From positions 32,001 through 96,000 of the forward strand of contig JBKBRF010000007.1 of NCBI GenBank assembly GCA_046292385.1: a stretch of 64,000 bases of DNA, given 5' to 3'. Below, piece by piece: positions 1 to 8,911 of the stretch. Below the pieces are notes generated by a model. It was not told the DNA's origin. It saw nothing but the letters and a program-made list of their open reading frames with translations, and searched no databases. The translations under genes and the position numbers were made by a program. This DNA comes from Armatimonadota bacterium (GTDB lineage: Bacteria > Armatimonadota > SYMT01). Position 1 is the stretch's first letter; each line of letters starts with the position of its first letter.

Positions 1-2
1 TG

Positions 3-680
3 GTCTCGCTGCCGAAGGAGGTGGCGCACCAGCTCTCCCGGGTGCTGCGCCTGCGTCCCGGCGCGAAGCTGATGCTGTTCTGCGGGGACGACCACGAGTG
101 CGAGGCGGTGCTGGAGACGCTAAGTCCCGGCGCGGCGACTGCCCGCCTCCTCTCCCGGCACGCCCCGGGGACGGAGCTCTCCTGCGGGCTTCACGTGGCG
201 GTCTCCGCCCTGAAGGGCGAGAAGCTCGACTGGACCGTCCAGAAGCTGACGGAGCTGGGGGCGGCCCGCATTACCCTGATGCAGACCGAGCGGACCATCG
301 TCGCGCCGGGCGAGGAGCGCTGGTCGCGCCGGCTGGAGCGCTACGCCCGCATCGCGCAGGAGGCGGCGGAGCAGTCCGGACGGGTCCGGCTGCCGCAGGT
401 GGCAGGCCCCCTCACCCTGGCACAGGTGCTGGAGGCGGAGCGCGAGACCCGGCGCCTCTTTCTCGATCCCTGGGGATCGTCCACCCTTGCCCAGGCGCTA
501 CAGCCGGCGCCGGAGCGTCTCACCCTGCTGATCGGGCCGGAAGGCGGCTTCTCGGAGGCGGAGACCGCGCTGGCGCGGGAGCAGGGCGCGGAGCCGGTCC
601 GCCTCGGCACCCGCACTATGCGGGCGGAGACCGCCGCCCTCGCCGCCGCCGCCGCCGTGGTGCTGGCCGTCGACTCCTGA
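3..680 (+). CDS. rsmE: 16S rRNA m3U1498 methyltransferase RsmE (5' end probably outside the window)
   Basis: H..RVLRL, KLDWTVQKLTELG, EAAEQSGR, LLIGPEGGFS and LGTRTMRAETA motifs; frame is open back to position 3. Confidence 0.95.
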   Translation, partial: VSLPKEVAHQLSRVLRLRPGAKLMLFCGDDHECEAVLETLSPGAATARLLSRHAPGTELSCGLHVAVSALKGEKLDWTVQKLTELGAARITLMQTERTIVAPGEERWSRRLERYARIAQEAAEQSGRVRLPQVAGPLTLAQVLEAERETRRLFLDPWGSSTLAQALQPAPERLTLLIGPEGGFSEAETALAREQGAEPVRLGTRTMRAETAALAAAAAVVLAVDS

Positions 681-911
681 GTGGCTCGAGCGGCGTCGCT
701 GCTCGCCCGGCGCGCTTGACGACGGCGACTTCACCCGAGAAAAGGGCCGCGCAAGGATGCTGTCGGCAAGTCAGCGAGCAGGTGGATCCCCGGCAGCCGG
801 GAGCGCACGGGCAGAGCAGACGAGGCAGGAGTTCCGACCGGCGGTGTCTGACGGCTTCCGGGGCGCGGATCTCCCTACCTCCGGCCAGTCCGGCCGCGCC
901 CTCTCATCGCC

Positions 912-1358
912 ATGGTCAAAGTCGTCGTCATTCACGGGCCGAACCTGAATCTCCTGGGGCTCCGGGAGCCGGAGGTCTACGGCGCGCTCAATCTGGAGCA
1001 GATCAACGAGCGCATCACGGAAGTCGCCCGCGCCGAGGGAATTGAGGTGCGGATCAGCCAGTCGAACCTGGAAGGCGAGATCATCAACGCCATCCACGGC
1101 GCGCTCGACTGGGCGGACGCCATTCTCATCAACCCCGGAGCCTATACTCATACGTCGGTGGCGATCCGCGACGCGATCACCGCGGTGCGGCTGCCGACCG
1201 TCGAGGTGCACATGAGCAACGTCCACCGGCGGGAGAGCTTCCGCCACCACTCGTACGTCAGCCCGGTGGTGGTCGGGCAGATCGTCGGCTTCGGGCCGGA
1301 CAGCTACCTGCTGGGGCTGCTGGCGGCAAAGCGGACGGTAGAGGAGATGCGACGATGA
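912..1358 (+). CDS. aroQ: Type II 3-dehydroquinate dehydratase
   Basis: HGPNLNLLGLREPEVYG, INPGAYTHTSVAIRDA, VEVHMSNVHRRESFRHHS. Confidence 0.97.
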   Translation: MVKVVVIHGPNLNLLGLREPEVYGALNLEQINERITEVARAEGIEVRISQSNLEGEIINAIHGALDWADAILINPGAYTHTSVAIRDAITAVRLPTVEVHMSNVHRRESFRHHSYVSPVVVGQIVGFGPDSYLLGLLAAKRTVEEMRR

Positions 1359-2434
1359 CCCCGCGCCTTCAGCGGCTGCGCCAGGTGCTCGCCGAGAAGG
1401 AGCTCCGCGGCGCGCTGATCACCGATGCCGGCCACGTCGGCTATCTTTCCGGCTTCACCGGCAGCACCGCCGCGCTGCTGGTGCTCCCGGAGCGCGCCGT
1501 GTTCATCACCGACTCCCGCTACACTGCCCAGGCGGCGCGGGAGTGCCCCGGCTTCGAGCTGGCGCAGACCAGCTCCGGCGGCACCTACCAGGACGCCATC
1601 GCGGAGAAGGCGAAGGAGCTCGGCGCAACCGAGCTGGCGATCGAAGGCGACCTGGTCACCGTCTCGCAGCTCGAGAAGCTGAAGGAGAAGCTGGAGGGCG
1701 TGGAGCTGAAGCCGGTGGAGGGGCTGGTGGCGGAGCTCCGGCGGATAAAGGACGCCGAAGAGCTCGCCAGCATCCGCGTGGCCTGCGGGATCGTCGACCG
1801 CTCCTTCGAGTTCATCCTCGGGCTGCTCCGGCCGGGCGTCTCCGAGCGGGAGATCGCGATCGAGCTGGAGTACTTCATGAAGAAGTCGGGCAGCGAGAAG
1901 GAGGCCTTCGACACGATCGTCGCCTCCGGGCACCGCTCCGCCCTGCCGCACGGACGCGCCTCCGAGAAGCTGCTGGAAGCGGGCGACTTCATCACCTTCG
2001 ACTTCGGCGCTCGCGTCGGCGGCTACCACAGCGACCTCACCCGCACCGTGGTCCTCGGCTCCGCCACCGAGCGGCAGCGGGAGGTCTACGGCGTAGTGCT
2101 GGAAGCGCAGCTCGCGGCGCTCGACGCGATCCGCGCCGGTGCCGAGGGGAAGGCGGTCGACGCGGTCGCCCGGGAGATCATCGCCGGCCGCGGCTTCGGA
2201 GAGAACTTCGGCCACGGCCTGGGGCACGGCCTGGGACGCCACGTCCACGACCACCCCGCGCTCTCCCCGCTCTCCACCGTCACGCTGGAGCCGGGGATGG
2301 TGGTGACCGTGGAGCCTGGCGTCTACCTGGACGGCTGGGGCGGGGTCCGCATCGAGGACGACGTGGTGGTCACCGAGACCGGCTGCGAGATCCTCACCTC
2401 CGCGCCCAAGCAGTTGATCGAAGTCCCCGTGTAA
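1355..2434 (+). CDS. Xaa-Pro aminopeptidase/dipeptidase (M24B)
   Basis: YLSGFTGS, DFGA..GGYHSDLTRT, HGLGHGLG, VTVEPGVY, GGVRIEDD; ATGA overlap with aroQ. Confidence 0.95.
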   Translation: MTPRLQRLRQVLAEKELRGALITDAGHVGYLSGFTGSTAALLVLPERAVFITDSRYTAQAARECPGFELAQTSSGGTYQDAIAEKAKELGATELAIEGDLVTVSQLEKLKEKLEGVELKPVEGLVAELRRIKDAEELASIRVACGIVDRSFEFILGLLRPGVSEREIAIELEYFMKKSGSEKEAFDTIVASGHRSALPHGRASEKLLEAGDFITFDFGARVGGYHSDLTRTVVLGSATERQREVYGVVLEAQLAALDAIRAGAEGKAVDAVAREIIAGRGFGENFGHGLGHGLGRHVHDHPALSPLSTVTLEPGMVVTVEPGVYLDGWGGVRIEDDVVVTETGCEILTSAPKQLIEVPV

Positions 2435-2469
2435 GGCGTTTCGTGCTTCGGGCGCCGAAGCTCCGCAGG

Positions 2470-2494
2470 GAAGGGGGTAGACTTTACCCCCTTC
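2470..2494 (+). terminator. Hairpin after the peptidase gene (possible terminator)
   Basis: GAAGGGGGTA...TACCCCCTTC inverted repeat; weak U tract. Confidence 0.5.
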
Positions 2495-2544
2495 GTGGGC
2501 ATACTCACCTATCGCCGTCCGCGCCGCGGAGGGGGAAAGCGGAG

Positions 2545-3324
2545 ATGTCCAGTCACCACACCACCGACTGGCGCGTCGCCCGGGACGTCGCCGAGTACGG
2601 GTGGCACACCATCGGGATCGAGGAGGATGAGGAGGGGCCTCCGTTCGCCTACTCCGTCGGCTTCGTCCGCACGCTCGGCCACCCGGAGGTGCTGGTCGCG
2701 GGCCTGGAGCCGCACCTGGGGCACGACATCCTCTCCACCATCGCCGCGGAGGTGCGGGAAGGGCAGCAGTTCGAGCCGGAACGGGAGTACGAGGAAATCC
2801 TGGACGGGTTCCTCTGCGCGTTCAAGCGGGTCGACCCACAGTTCTACGCCCGTTTCCTCGGCTGCGGCCTGCGGTACTACCAGCGAGAGTTCCCCTGTCT
2901 CCAGTGCGTCTGGCCGGATAAGCTGGGCCGCTTTCCCTGGAACGAGGGCGCGCCGCCCTGGTTCCGCCTGCGGCAGCCGCTCCTCTGCTGCGATCTGGTC
3001 CATCTCTCCCACTGCCGGGAGTTCTGCCACCTGGACGATCCGGACTGGCCGTTCCCGCCCCCGCGCCGGGCTCGGGTGCGCACCACCGGAGCGATCGCCA
3101 GCGGCGGTGAGTGCGCGCGCTGCGTGGTCCACGGCGTCGCTCGGGACGACTGGCGCTTCCTCCCCGATCCGTCGGCGCGGCTCCGGGACGCGATCGAAAT
3201 CTCGCTGTCCGAGCTGGTCACGCGCGATCCCTCGCTGACGTCACTGGCCGACCTGCCGCCCGAGTGGATGGCCTGGCGAGAGGCGCCGGGCAGCCCCTGG
3301 CGCCGCGCCCCGTTTGACGAGTGA
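2545..3324 (+). CDS. DUF4262-domain protein with a C-terminal DUF2185-like domain
   Basis: True start at MSSHHTT (2545); YGW, PPFAYSVG, GHPEVLVAGL, LQCVWPD..GRFPW; C-terminal DWRFL..DPSL..LADLP..W.AWR. Confidence 0.75.
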   Translation: MSSHHTTDWRVARDVAEYGWHTIGIEEDEEGPPFAYSVGFVRTLGHPEVLVAGLEPHLGHDILSTIAAEVREGQQFEPEREYEEILDGFLCAFKRVDPQFYARFLGCGLRYYQREFPCLQCVWPDKLGRFPWNEGAPPWFRLRQPLLCCDLVHLSHCREFCHLDDPDWPFPPPRRARVRTTGAIASGGECARCVVHGVARDDWRFLPDPSARLRDAIEISLSELVTRDPSLTSLADLPPEWMAWREAPGSPWRRAPFDE

Positions 3325-3325
3325 A

Positions 3326-3499
3326 TCGTATTCCGTATTGCGTATTGCGTAGCGGCGGGTTTCGTCCGCTCCGCCGTACGTCGTGCCGCGCGTGATGCTG
3401 CCTTCTGGTGTCCATTGACCCGGGGGCGCTTCGCCCGGCAAGACGTCCACGCAGAGCGGCAGCGGCTGAACGCTACGCAATACGCAATACGGAATACGA
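3326..3499. repeat. Palindromic MITE/REP-like element with a perfect 29-bp terminal inverted repeat (CGTATTG heptamer family)
   Basis: TCGTATTCCGTATTGCGTATTGCGTAGCG (3326-3354) is the exact reverse complement of 3471-3499. Confidence 0.9.
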
Positions 3500-3604
3500 C
3501 CTCCGTTTCCCCCACGGCATGTTCCGGGTACAAGCGGGCGTCGGCCGGCGGGAAGGCCCGCACCGGAAGCGGGGTGTGCGCCGGCGAACGCAAGGGAGGC
3601 GAGG

Positions 3605-3865
3605 ATGGACCTGCTTGGATTTCTACTGCTGCTGGTGGTGGCGGCCGTGGCGGGCGCCTGCGGGGAGCTGATCGCGGGCGGAAAGGTGCCGGGCGGCATG
3701 CTCGGGTCGATGGTTGCCGGCCTGATCGGCGCCTGGATCGGCGGCATGCTGGTGCGCGTGGGGCCGGTGCTCTGGGGGATCCAGATCATCCCGGCGATCC
3801 TCGGCGCGGCGATCTTCGTGCTGATCCTGCGGCTGCTGACCTCCAGCCGCCAGCGCATGACGTAA
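3605..3865 (+). CDS. GlsB/YeaQ/YmgE (transglycosylase-associated) small membrane protein
   Basis: Hydrophobic, Gly-rich, with GLIGAWIGG and IPAILGAAIFV; SD GGGAGG upstream. Confidence 0.85.
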   Translation: MDLLGFLLLLVVAAVAGACGELIAGGKVPGGMLGSMVAGLIGAWIGGMLVRVGPVLWGIQIIPAILGAAIFVLILRLLTSSRQRMT

Positions 3866-4026
3866 TCGTTCGAGCTCCGGCTCGATTGAGAGGCGGGTGC
3901 GGACCCTGGCATACGGTCCGCACCCGTCTCGCTGCGTACGGGCCGCCGGGCCGGGCGCCTCCACCGGCAGGAGTCCGCCCCGGTGCGGTACAACTTCCCG
4001 GCGGTGTTTCTCTGGAGGTTCAGCCC

Positions 4027-4857
4027 GTGCAGACGCAGTTCAAGACGATCCCGATGCAGGACGAGCTCGCGCAGATGGAGCGCAACCTGCGCTTCATCCC
4101 CAGCGAGGTGACCGATCCGCGCGTCCTCACCCGCGAGCAGGTGGAGAGCTACAACCGGGACGGCTACCTCAAGCCGCTGCCGGTCTTCTCGTCGGAGGAG
4201 ATCGCGGAGCACCGGGGCTATCTGGACGACCTCCTCGCCCGCGTGCTCGCCGCCGGCGGCAGCAGCTACTCGATCAGCACCGCCCACCTGAAGCACGGCC
4301 AGGTCTACGACCTCCTCACCCACCCGCGCATCGTCGCCTACGTGCGCGACCTGCTGGGTGAGAACGTCGTCGGCTGGGGCTCGCACTACTTCTGCAAGAT
4401 GCCGGGCGACGGGAAGGTGGTCCACTGGCACCAGGACGCCAGCTACTGGCCGCTGAACCCCTCCCGCACCGTCACCGTGTGGCTCGCCATCGATGACGCG
4501 GACGTGGAGAACGCCTGCATGCGCTACATTCCCGGCTCGCACCACCACGGTCACCTGACCTACCGCCTGACGGAAGAGACGGAGGACGCGGTGCTGAACC
4601 AGGAGGTGGAGAACGCGGAGCGGTACGGGGCGCCGGTCGACGTGGAGCTGAAGGCCGGCGAGATCTCGATGCACAGCGACCTGCTGCTCCACGGCTCCCG
4701 CGCGAACGAATCGAGCCGCCGGCGCTGCGGCCTGACCCTCCGCTACTGCGCCGCGGAAGTGCGCGCCGGGCTCGACTGGAACCTGAAGGGCGTCGTCGTC
4801 AGCGGCAGCGACCCGTCCGGCCACTGGGCCAACCCGCCCCGCCCCGAGAACGACTGA
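4027..4857 (+). CDS. Phytanoyl-CoA dioxygenase (PhyH) family 2-oxoglutarate/Fe(II) dioxygenase
   Basis: YNRDGYL, WHQDASYW, VTVWLAIDD, ENACMRYIPGSH, HGS..N.S..RR; GTG start after GGAGG. Confidence 0.9.
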   Translation: MQTQFKTIPMQDELAQMERNLRFIPSEVTDPRVLTREQVESYNRDGYLKPLPVFSSEEIAEHRGYLDDLLARVLAAGGSSYSISTAHLKHGQVYDLLTHPRIVAYVRDLLGENVVGWGSHYFCKMPGDGKVVHWHQDASYWPLNPSRTVTVWLAIDDADVENACMRYIPGSHHHGHLTYRLTEETEDAVLNQEVENAERYGAPVDVELKAGEISMHSDLLLHGSRANESSRRRCGLTLRYCAAEVRAGLDWNLKGVVVSGSDPSGHWANPPRPEND

Positions 4858-4924
4858 GTTCCTGACCCATTACGCCCGTTCGGATCGGCGGTCGGTTGGG
4901 TAGAAGTCGAGCCGGAGGGTAGAG

Positions 4925-5035
4925 ATGTACTACTTCGGCTCGCTGGGGTTCATGATCCTGGGCTTCCTGGCGCTCGCGGTGCTCATCGTCGGCGCGGGCC
5001 AGGTAGCCCGGATGTTCCGCTCCCGCCGACGGTAA
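4925..5035 (+). CDS. 36-aa single-pass membrane microprotein
   Basis: MYYFGSLGFMILGFLALAVLIVGAGQVARMFRSRRR; SD GGAGGG upstream; host-like codon usage; shorter than any ORF in the supplied track. Confidence 0.65.
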   Translation: MYYFGSLGFMILGFLALAVLIVGAGQVARMFRSRRR

Positions 5036-5065
5036 GCCGGCCGGCGAAAGCCACAGAAAAGCGTT

Positions 5066-5131
5066 ACAGGTTGCAGGCTCGTCCCCGGGAGAGGGGTTCG
5101 AAACCTGCAACTTGCTAACTTGCTAACCTGA
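5066..5131. repeat. CAGGTT/AACCTG-family palindromic intergenic repeat
   Basis: CAGGTTGCAGG...GGGGTTCGAAACCTGCAACTTGCTAACTTGCTAACCTG. Confidence 0.8.
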
Positions 5132-5142
5132 AACGCGCGAGA

Positions 5143-6750
5143 TTACCAGCGGGCGGCGCGGGCCGGCTCCGGCAGCGGGTAGCGCTCCAGGTACTCCTCG
5201 TAGGTGCCGAGGAAGTTCACCAGTGCGTCCGAAGTAAACGCCAGCACGCGCGTCGCCACGTCGGAGATCAGGTCCCGGTCGTGCGAGACGAGGAGCACCG
5301 TGCCGGTGAAGAGCGAGAGCCCTTCGCCAAGCGCGTTCACCGACTCCAGGTCGAGGTGGTTGGTCGGCTCGTCGAAGATCAGCACCGGGTTCTGCTGCAG
5401 CATCAGCTTCGCCAGGAGCAGCCGCGCCGTCTCACCCCCGGAGAGCGCGGAGACCGGCTTCAGGCTCTCGTCGCCGCTGAAGAGCATCCGGCCGAGCACG
5501 CCGCGGACGAGCTGCTGGTCGCCGGTCGTCTCGAACTGCTGCAGCCACTCCAGGGCCGAGGTACCCGGCTCCGCCTCGATCCGGCTGTCCTGCGGGTAGT
5601 AGCCCCAGGTCATCCCGTTGCCCCAGCGGACCGAGCCCGCGTCCGGCGTCAGCTCCCCGATCAGCGTGCGGATCAGCGTGGTCTTCCCGGCGCCGTTCGG
5701 GCCGATGATCGCGATCTTGTCGCCGCGCATCACCTCGAGATCGACGTCCTTCAGCACCTGCTGGCCGTCGAAGCTCTTGCTGACCTGCTCCGCCACCACC
5801 GCCTCCCGGCCGGACGGCTTCTGCAGGTCGAACCGGATGTACGGCCGCTGGATGTTAGAGCGCTTCAGCTCCTGCGGCTGCAGGCGCTGGATCTCCTTGC
5901 GCCGGCTCTGCGCCTGGCTGGAGCGCTGACCCGCGCCGAAGCGGGCGATGAACTCCTGGAGCTGCGCGATCTTCTTCGCCTTGTCCCGGTTATTCGCTTC
6001 CACCTGCTCGCGCGACTGCAGCTTCTGCCGGACCATGTCATCGTAGTTGCCGGGGTAGACGATGATGGTCTCGTAGTCGATGTCCGCAATGTGGGTGCAG
6101 ACCGCGTTCAGGAAGTGGCGGTCGTGCGAGATCACGATCAGCGTGCCCTTGTACTCCTGCAGGAAGCCTTCGAGCCAGTGGATCGACTCCAGGTCCATGT
6201 GGTTGGTCGGCTCGTCCAGGAGCAGCGCTTCCGGCTCTCCGAAGGCGGCCTGGGCCAGCAGCACGCGGAACTTGAGGTCGCTGGGGAGCGTGCTCATCAG
6301 GTCGGTGTGGCGCTCCGCCGGGATGCCGACCCCCGCCAGGATCTCCGCCGCGTCCACTTCGGCCATGTAGCCGTTGTTGTCCGCGATGAAGTTCTCCAGG
6401 TCGCCTAGCCGCTCCATGTCGGCATCGGTGAGATCGCCCTTTTCGCAGAGCGCGTCCCGCTCCTGGAACGTCTTCCAGAGCTCCCCGTGGCCCATCATCA
6501 CCGTATCGATGATGCGCTCGTTGTCGAAGGCGAACTGGTCCTGGCGCAGCACCCCCACCCGGCGCGGCTTCTGGATGGTGCCGCGGTTCGACGGCTCCAC
6601 GTCGCCGGTGAGCATCTTCATGAAGGTGCTCTTGCCGGCGCCGTTCGGACCGGTGAGCCCATACCGGTTTCCCGGCGTGAACTTGACGGTCACGTCCTCG
6701 AACAGCGTGCGCGTTCCGAACGATTTGGTAACGTTGTTGACTGCAATCAT
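5143..6750 (-). CDS. ABC-F family ribosome-associated ATPase (YbiT-like)
   Basis: Two ABC domains (GPNGAGKST, LLLDEPTNH, GPNGAGKTT, LSGGE), PGNYDD linker, no TM segments; PGNRYGLTGPNGAGKSTFMK and LRQDQFAF resemble YbiT. Confidence 0.92.
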   Translation of the reverse strand: MIAVNNVTKSFGTRTLFEDVTVKFTPGNRYGLTGPNGAGKSTFMKMLTGDVEPSNRGTIQKPRRVGVLRQDQFAFDNERIIDTVMMGHGELWKTFQERDALCEKGDLTDADMERLGDLENFIADNNGYMAEVDAAEILAGVGIPAERHTDLMSTLPSDLKFRVLLAQAAFGEPEALLLDEPTNHMDLESIHWLEGFLQEYKGTLIVISHDRHFLNAVCTHIADIDYETIIVYPGNYDDMVRQKLQSREQVEANNRDKAKKIAQLQEFIARFGAGQRSSQAQSRRKEIQRLQPQELKRSNIQRPYIRFDLQKPSGREAVVAEQVSKSFDGQQVLKDVDLEVMRGDKIAIIGPNGAGKTTLIRTLIGELTPDAGSVRWGNGMTWGYYPQDSRIEAEPGTSALEWLQQFETTGDQQLVRGVLGRMLFSGDESLKPVSALSGGETARLLLAKLMLQQNPVLIFDEPTNHLDLESVNALGEGLSLFTGTVLLVSHDRDLISDVATRVLAFTSDALVNFLGTYEEYLERYPLPEPARAARW

Positions 6751-6751
6751 T

Positions 6752-6796
6752 TCAGAAGTATCGGATCCAAAAAAGAAGACGCGCGGGGCGCGTCAT
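6752..6796 (-). CDS. Putative 14-aa leader peptide MTRPARLLFWIRYF
   Basis: ATG lies just downstream of a predicted promoter; stop TGA is 1 nt before the ABC-F ATG. Confidence 0.45.
   Translation of the reverse strand: MTRPARLLFWIRYF
6769..6794 (-). terminator. Intrinsic terminator/attenuator in the ABC-F leader
   Basis: GACGCGC-CCC-GCGCGTC followed by TTCTTTTTT on the minus strand. Confidence 0.7.
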
Positions 6797-6806
6797 AGGC
6801 GGTCCA

Positions 6807-6836
6807 AGTATACCGGAAGCACCCCGCGCATGTGAA
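6807..6836 (-). promoter_or_regulatory. Sigma70-type promoter for ABC-F
   Basis: TTCACA-18 nt-TATACT on the minus strand. Confidence 0.6.
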
Positions 6837-6872
6837 GGGCAGGGCGAAGGTCGCGAGAGCGCGCCGGAGCCT

Positions 6873-6908
6873 GTTACCTGCCAGCCTGCCACCTGCTGAC
6901 CTGCCAAC
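6873..6908. repeat. Half copy of the AACCTG-family repeat
   Basis: ACCTGCCAGCCTGCCACCTGCTGACCTGCC. Confidence 0.55.
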
Positions 6909-6918
6909 TCCTCTACCG

Positions 6919-7380
6919 CTAACCGTGCAGCGCCGCGGCGACCAGCAGCATTCCGAGGGCCAGGAGGAGCGTGCGGGCGCCTCCCAGCAGCACGGTAGTC
7001 AGGGCGGTCTGCCCCAGCCTGCGCGCCATGCCCGGGCGCGGCTCTTCCTGATGGCGTCTCCGGGCCTCGGCGAGCTCTTCGTCGCTGAGCCGCCACTCCT
7101 CGGCGAACCGCATGATCCCTTCGGTCAACCGCAGTGAGGCGATGCAGAAGAGCAGCCCCAGCACGAGCGCGTAGGCGGCGGGGACTGCTACAAACCACGC
7201 AAGCGCCAGGGCGGAGACGCAATCGCAGAGCGGCAGCAGGATGAACGCAGCCCGCTCTCCCCACTGGCGGCGCGGCCGGGCCTCCGCGCGCAGGTAGGCG
7301 CGGGCGTGGCTGGCGAGGACAAACGCCAGGCAGACCACGGAGAGCGCGGAGGACGCCACCAGGGCCAGGAGCCAGGTCAT
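6919..7380 (-). CDS. Hypothetical membrane protein (about 4 TM segments)
   Basis: Starts MTWLLALVASS; several hydrophobic stretches. Confidence 0.65.
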   Translation of the reverse strand: MTWLLALVASSALSVVCLAFVLASHARAYLRAEARPRRQWGERAAFILLPLCDCVSALALAWFVAVPAAYALVLGLLFCIASLRLTEGIMRFAEEWRLSDEELAEARRRHQEEPRPGMARRLGQTALTTVLLGGARTLLLALGMLLVAAALHG

Positions 7381-7497
7381 CGGTAGAGGTTCACTCGTTA
7401 CTGTATGAACCACCACGCGTCTCGCCTGGTTACGGGTCGAGCCTCTGTACTCCCGCAGGCGTAGGCGGAACCTGGCGTGGGTATGCTGTAGAGCGCG

Positions 7498-7526
7498 TTG
7501 ACGCGCCGCACTGCTCCCGTTACGAT
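7498..7526 (+). promoter_or_regulatory. Sigma70-type promoter
   Basis: TTGACG-17 nt-TACGAT. Confidence 0.6.
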
Positions 7527-7621
7527 TCACACGCTTCTCGCCCGCTGCCAGGCCGCGCGGTTGGTGAACCGCCGCGGAGGGACCGGCCTCTATACTGGAG
7601 TGGCGTGCTGTTCCCGAGGAA

Positions 7622-8860
7622 ATGGGTGGCCCTGTGATTGAAGCTGCTGCTCCACAAGAAGAGAAACCGTCCGCACCGGAGCTGCCGCAGGAGGCGGAGA
7701 CCAGCCCGGCGCGCCGCGGCTGGACCTTGCCCGCCGGGCTGGTCTTCAGCGCCGCCGTCCTCTCCCTCGCCGCGGCTGCCACCGCCCCGCCGCGGATCCC
7801 GGAAAGCGCGGCGAGCGTGTTCGCGCCAGCGTTTCAGTTGGAAGAGCTCCCCGGCCCCGCCGCGCGCGTGATGGGTGATACCTACGTGGAGGCACCCGAG
7901 TTGATGGGTCCGCCGGCGCCCGAGGCTCCGAAGTCCGTCCCGAACGGGCCCGCGGCGGCGCCGGCCCAGGTGGCGACCTTCGGCGGACCGGTCCGCGGCC
8001 CGCTCTGGAGCGGCACCCCGCTGCCGTGGCTCCCCTCCGGCCGGGCCCCGGCGATCCCGGCACCCGGCACCGCCATCCCGGTCGAGGCGCCGCGTCCCGC
8101 CGAGGAGCCGCAGCCGACTGCCGCCGCCGCGAAGCCCGAGAGCCCCGCCACCAGCTCCGAGCTGCCCGATCCGAAGAAGCTCGCCCTCTCCCGCCTGGCA
8201 CGGCCGGAGCTGGAAACGCTGAAGCTGGAGAAGCAGGCCGGGAAGGTGAGCGCCGCGGAGCCGCTGCGGGTGGAGCTCTCCCTGGCGGAAGCGGGGAAGA
8301 CGGTGGGGCCGGGCGATTCGCTCACGGTGCGTCTCGCCGCCACCGCGGCCTGCTACTTGGCCCTGATCCGCGTCGACGCGTCCGGTAAGGCGGCCACCGC
8401 CTTCCGCGCGCCCCTTCCCTCCCAGCGCCTCTCGCTCACGCTGAAAGCCGGGGCGGAGACGGGGGCGGAATACTTGCTCGCCGTCGCTTCCGTCAAGCCG
8501 CTCAGCGGCGCGCAGGTCTCCGCGGCGCTCAAGGCGTCCGGCAACAGCTTCCCCACCGTGCAGCTCGCCTCCGCCAACTCCGGAGCGGCCTGGAACGCCG
8601 CGCTGGCACACGCGGGGGCCCTGAGCGGCCCTGCCGCCCGCTGGGAGCGGTTCGAGTGGGCGGTCGACACCGCCGCGGTAGCGGTGCGCGCCCCGGAGAA
8701 GACGGTCGCCGTAAAGCCCGCGCCGGAGAAGCCGGCGCCGGAGAAGCCCGCCTCCGCCGCGGAGAAGCCGTCCCCCGGCAAGCCGGCGGAGAGCGTGCTC
8801 CCGGAAGAGAAGCTCCCGGAGAAGGCGCCCGCCGACGATGGGAGCGCGCTGCCGGACTAG
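7622..8860 (+). CDS. Pro/Ala-rich membrane-anchored protein with a DUF4384-like domain
   Basis: N-terminal TM; VGPGDSLTVRL..ACYLALIRVDASG..G.EYLLAVAS..PL pattern; PAPEK repeats. Confidence 0.6.
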   Translation: MGGPVIEAAAPQEEKPSAPELPQEAETSPARRGWTLPAGLVFSAAVLSLAAAATAPPRIPESAASVFAPAFQLEELPGPAARVMGDTYVEAPELMGPPAPEAPKSVPNGPAAAPAQVATFGGPVRGPLWSGTPLPWLPSGRAPAIPAPGTAIPVEAPRPAEEPQPTAAAAKPESPATSSELPDPKKLALSRLARPELETLKLEKQAGKVSAAEPLRVELSLAEAGKTVGPGDSLTVRLAATAACYLALIRVDASGKAATAFRAPLPSQRLSLTLKAGAETGAEYLLAVASVKPLSGAQVSAALKASGNSFPTVQLASANSGAAWNAALAHAGALSGPAARWERFEWAVDTAAVAVRAPEKTVAVKPAPEKPAPEKPASAAEKPSPGKPAESVLPEEKLPEKAPADDGSALPD

Positions 8861-8911
8861 ATGAGGGATGAAGGATGAGTTTCCCGGACCCTGCGACCGG
8901 TGCGCTCTTCT

